Source: an uncultured Planctomycetota bacterium
Lineage (GTDB): Bacteria; Planctomycetota; Planctomycetia; Isosphaerales; Isosphaeraceae
Length of the DNA stretch: 64,000 nt
Assembly: GCA_963823665.1 (NCBI GenBank)
Contig: CAWGMQ010000004.1
Location: forward strand, 992,001 to 1,056,000
Reading direction: 5' to 3'
Each line of letters opens with the position of its first letter. Position 1 is the first letter of the stretch. Positions 61,901 through 64,000 of this stretch are shown piece after piece. Made by a program: the position numbers and the translations under genes. The notes beneath the pieces are model-generated. The model saw nothing but the letters and a program-made list of their open reading frames with translations. It was not told the DNA's origin and did not search any database.

Positions 61901-64000
61901 TCTGGGACGCCGTGCGCAGAATAACGGGCGCCCCCCCTCAACGAGGGGAGCCCGAGGCCGCCAGCGGAATCGACGGTGGATCTGGCGGAGACCGGCCAGG
62001 CCGACCGGCGGCCCAGGTCGTCCGCGACTGGAAGCTGGACGATACTCGTGAGCGGTTAACAATCGCGGTCGAGGGTGCGCCGGTCGGGCCGCTTGCGTTC
62101 GCGCCGGACGGCTTTTTCTTGGCTGGCGGGGGCGTCGACCACGTTGTCCGGGTCTGGGAGTCGAGGACTGGTCGCGAGGCCGCAAAGTTGTCCGGACACG
62201 ACGGGCCGGTGACCGCACTTGCGTTCGCGCCCGACGCGGTGACGCTCGCCTCCTCAGGCGCCAGCGGCATCAAGCTTTGGAATACGGAGGGATGGCGCGA
62301 GATTGCGGTTCTGCGATCTTCGTCCGGCGAGAATCCGACGGCGCTGGCGTTCTCTGGCGATGGCGGGACGCTTCTTGCCGGCCACCGATCGGGCGGGTTT
62401 TCACTCTGGGACATCCCCGAACGGCGAGAGTGGCCGGGGTTCAGAGGCCACAAGAAGGAATTTCGGCGGGCCGTCTTCTCGCCCAACGGCGCGCTCCTGG
62501 CCGCGGGCCAATCCGACGGCGGAATTCGGCTCTGGGACTGCACGACCGGCGCCCCGATTCGGTCACTGAACGGACACACGCTGGCCGTGAGCGGACTCGC
62601 ATTTTCACCCGACGGCAAGGCTCTCGCATCGGCGTCTTACGACGGCACAGTCAGGCTTTGGGACGTGGATTCCGGCCGAGAACGCGCTTCATTGGTGATC
62701 ATTCCCTCGACCGCGAATGGCGAATCCTCGGCGCTTGCGGTTGCGTTTGCGCCCAACGGCAAGACACTGTCGGTCGCGGGCCAGGATGCGAAGATCCACG
62801 TGTTCGACGTGGAGACCGGTCGGGAAAGGGTTGCATTTCCAAAGAACCCGGGGGAGCAAGCGACCACGAAGCCACCCGCAAGCGAGGCCGCGCAGCCGCC
62901 CACTCCGTTACCTGCTCTCCCGGGCACAAGTCCGGCCTCGGTGAAACCAACTGCGGACTCTGAAGAGACCTTACGGCCTGAACAATTGTCGTCAGACCAG
63001 TTGCTTGAACACTTCAGAAAGCGCCGAGATGAGTCCCGCGACAGCCGCGACGACGCCATCGGCATTCTTCGACGGTTGCAGAACGTGATTCGCTCCGCCG
63101 CGCGAGTTGACGAGAGGTACCGCAACACTCTCGCCACCATTATCGGGTCTGAAATCCTTAACACTCAACGCTTACTCGTGAGTCGATGTCTGGGTTATGC
63201 TCCCGACGGCGGCGCCCTTGCTTCGGCGGACGGCAGGGGATTCATTCGGGTTTGGGCGTCAACCGGCGAATTGCTCGCTCAAGTTGGGCGCCAGCCTCAC
63301 GCAGCCGATCGGTTGGAATACTCGCCCGACGGCCGGCTCATCGCCGTTGGTGGTGATGATGGGGCCATTGTCCTCTGGAACCCGTTGGGGACAGGCGAGC
63401 AATTCCGGCTTCCGGGACGCTCTGGAGTGCAACCTTGTTTTTCGTTTGCACCCGATGGGCAGGCTTTCGCGTACCAGGCCGCCGATTCAGTGCGGGTGAT
63501 TGACGTTCAAACCAGGAACATCCTGTCCGTATTCACTGATCTAAACTGGGTCCGGGACCTGGCATTCGCACCCGACGGAACAACTCTTGTGGGGACGAGT
63601 GCGGCCCGCATCTTGGCCTGGAACCTCAAGGCGTCAACCGGAGAATCCACGCTCGCCGGTCACGTGGACGATGTTCGGGCGGTCGCGGCGTCGCCCAACG
63701 GCTGGATTGCAAGCGGCGACATCCGCGGGCGCATTCTGCTGTGGAGCGATTCGGGAGGTCTTGGAGCCGAGCTGACCAGTGGGCCGGACCTGTCGGGCAG
63801 CGATTCCGCGAGGGATGGGGTCGCCGGTTTGACGTTCTCGCCCTCCGGAAGTCTCATCGCGTCGAAGACTGAAAAAGGTGTGATCACGGTTTGGGACGTC
63901 GTCACCGGGCGCGCGTGCGCCAGGCTCGGTACGCTTTCTGACGAGCGTCTGGCACGAAACGATAGCGGCGCTTACCTGCGAAAACCCGCGCAGAGCACCC
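58915..64000 (+). CDS. Large Ser/Thr kinase: N-terminal HEPN-like domain, kinase, TM helix, WD40 repeats (runs off the window)
   Basis: Manual translation from the ATG at 58915: YRNRELGHGA, GRGGMG, VAIK, HRDIKPGN, MDLGLA, GTLRYASPEQ, TM near 61025-61085, many GH...FSPDG...WD repeats; absence from the ORF track is consistent with no stop before the edge. Confidence 0.9.
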   Translation, partial: MSEHVLVDESLVGRLPLPLAQLARRVPNAKTALERHLAAYLLWEAGLKLLASVAIVEYAERQDPDAALAERLQHLARPSLGHWWEFARRLLPVLAEGDDEGFRAVRDLLLGRTRDDLPRAAGLDAALLGALGERGTARSTVRLTELFDRMVSYRNRELGHGAAGQRAPDFYDRMARALLAGVSEVFDRLDVLAGRQLVYVDDVRRLASGDWLVDRYELIGESARRIESITVPDAQSATLPCPHRVYLEHRGGASSTRRSLHPLVCYQLETGKVFFLNGRRGKQRAEYLCYDDGDLLRLDLGADHRSLLAGVLGRPVDSELAARWATESTAEDPPEDLPRAPLTERTVGEFELLSRLGRGGMGVVYRAWQPSLCRQVAIKCMLRSGDPKAEARFAREIRALGRVEHANLVKVFTSGSEGDQWFYAMELVEGAELSGICEQLAGREASAVDESTWRDALSSAHAKARSGETPLSDERRGASSALADEPPPADSPGAASLNLPAPGGRGYVRRVVEIVERVADAAHALHEAGVVHRDIKPGNVMITADGHTPVLMDLGLAQVADETEGRITRTRQFIGTLRYASPEQILAAGQVDRRSDVYSLGATLWELLTLRPLFGATDETPSPNLMLDIQSKTPESLRKYNPQVPRDLEACVLKCLEKDRGRRYATAADLAADLNRFLRGEPVAAQPPSLGYLATKFVKRHKLPLASAAAVVFMLAAGGAIAFYRINEERKDALRARNSEANARIEAQNRARESSALAVKNKDLAEQESKARQSAVHQLRLSRLTAYDMQLDRAGKLLTTDPAAAARLLIDNEQCPPDLRDFAWGRLLSLARCSTWVIRADDSPVNRVACAPHGFLFASAGADGTVRLWSPAESLHKATKTFSGHEGAVWSVAISPDARTAASAGRDGTVRLWDLIKGHAGAVLRGHVGDVADVVFSPDGKSLASGGRDGTVRVWDVNRGVPVVTLRNDGAPILGIAFSPAGGSLAASGADRVVRIWDAVRRITGAPPQRGEPEAASGIDGGSGGDRPGRPAAQVVRDWKLDDTRERLTIAVEGAPVGPLAFAPDGFFLAGGGVDHVVRVWESRTGREAAKLSGHDGPVTALAFAPDAVTLASSGASGIKLWNTEGWREIAVLRSSSGENPTALAFSGDGGTLLAGHRSGGFSLWDIPERREWPGFRGHKKEFRRAVFSPNGALLAAGQSDGGIRLWDCTTGAPIRSLNGHTLAVSGLAFSPDGKALASASYDGTVRLWDVDSGRERASLVIIPSTANGESSALAVAFAPNGKTLSVAGQDAKIHVFDVETGRERVAFPKNPGEQATTKPPASEAAQPPTPLPALPGTSPASVKPTADSEETLRPEQLSSDQLLEHFRKRRDESRDSRDDAIGILRRLQNVIRSAARVDERYRNTLATIIGSEILNTQRLLVSRCLGYAPDGGALASADGRGFIRVWASTGELLAQVGRQPHAADRLEYSPDGRLIAVGGDDGAIVLWNPLGTGEQFRLPGRSGVQPCFSFAPDGQAFAYQAADSVRVIDVQTRNILSVFTDLNWVRDLAFAPDGTTLVGTSAARILAWNLKASTGESTLAGHVDDVRAVAASPNGWIASGDIRGRILLWSDSGGLGAELTSGPDLSGSDSARDGVAGLTFSPSGSLIASKTEKGVITVWDVVTGRACARLGTLSDERLARNDSGAYLRKPAQST

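Overview
A GC-rich bacterial window that looks like Planctomycetota, probably Isosphaeraceae-like (inferred from DUF1559 genes, TPR/WD40 Hanks kinases and RFTxRxxM leader peptides). Several otherwise intact genes carry single frameshifts, which may be sequencing or assembly indels. 1-16 kb: dehydrogenase, CBS, FGE-sulfatase and DUF1559 genes, an ApbE-DUF2271/PepSY flavinylation pair, and an ABC-2 operon. About 16-43 kb is an accessory, mosaic zone. It holds a TPR-kinase island bounded by a ~350-bp duplicate of the ABC permease 3' end, several internally collapsed gene relics, an AcrB-like protein lacking its transmembrane bundle, two ~128-bp TIR-bounded repeats, and a decayed TIR / NB-ARC-WD40 (NLR-like) locus next to an FRG gene. 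The junction inside that locus has -1 ribosomal frameshift geometry: a slippery-like run, a stop, and a 12-bp hairpin 5 nt downstream. 44-58.5 kb: FabG-like SDR, KaiC-like ATPase, an orphan secretin/TPR operon with a 14 x 54-bp repeat, and a TolC-RND-MFP operon. The window ends inside a gene of >1690 aa, absent from the ORF track, with a HEPN-like motif, a kinase domain, a TM helix and WD40 repeats. No rRNA, tRNA or cas genes were seen.
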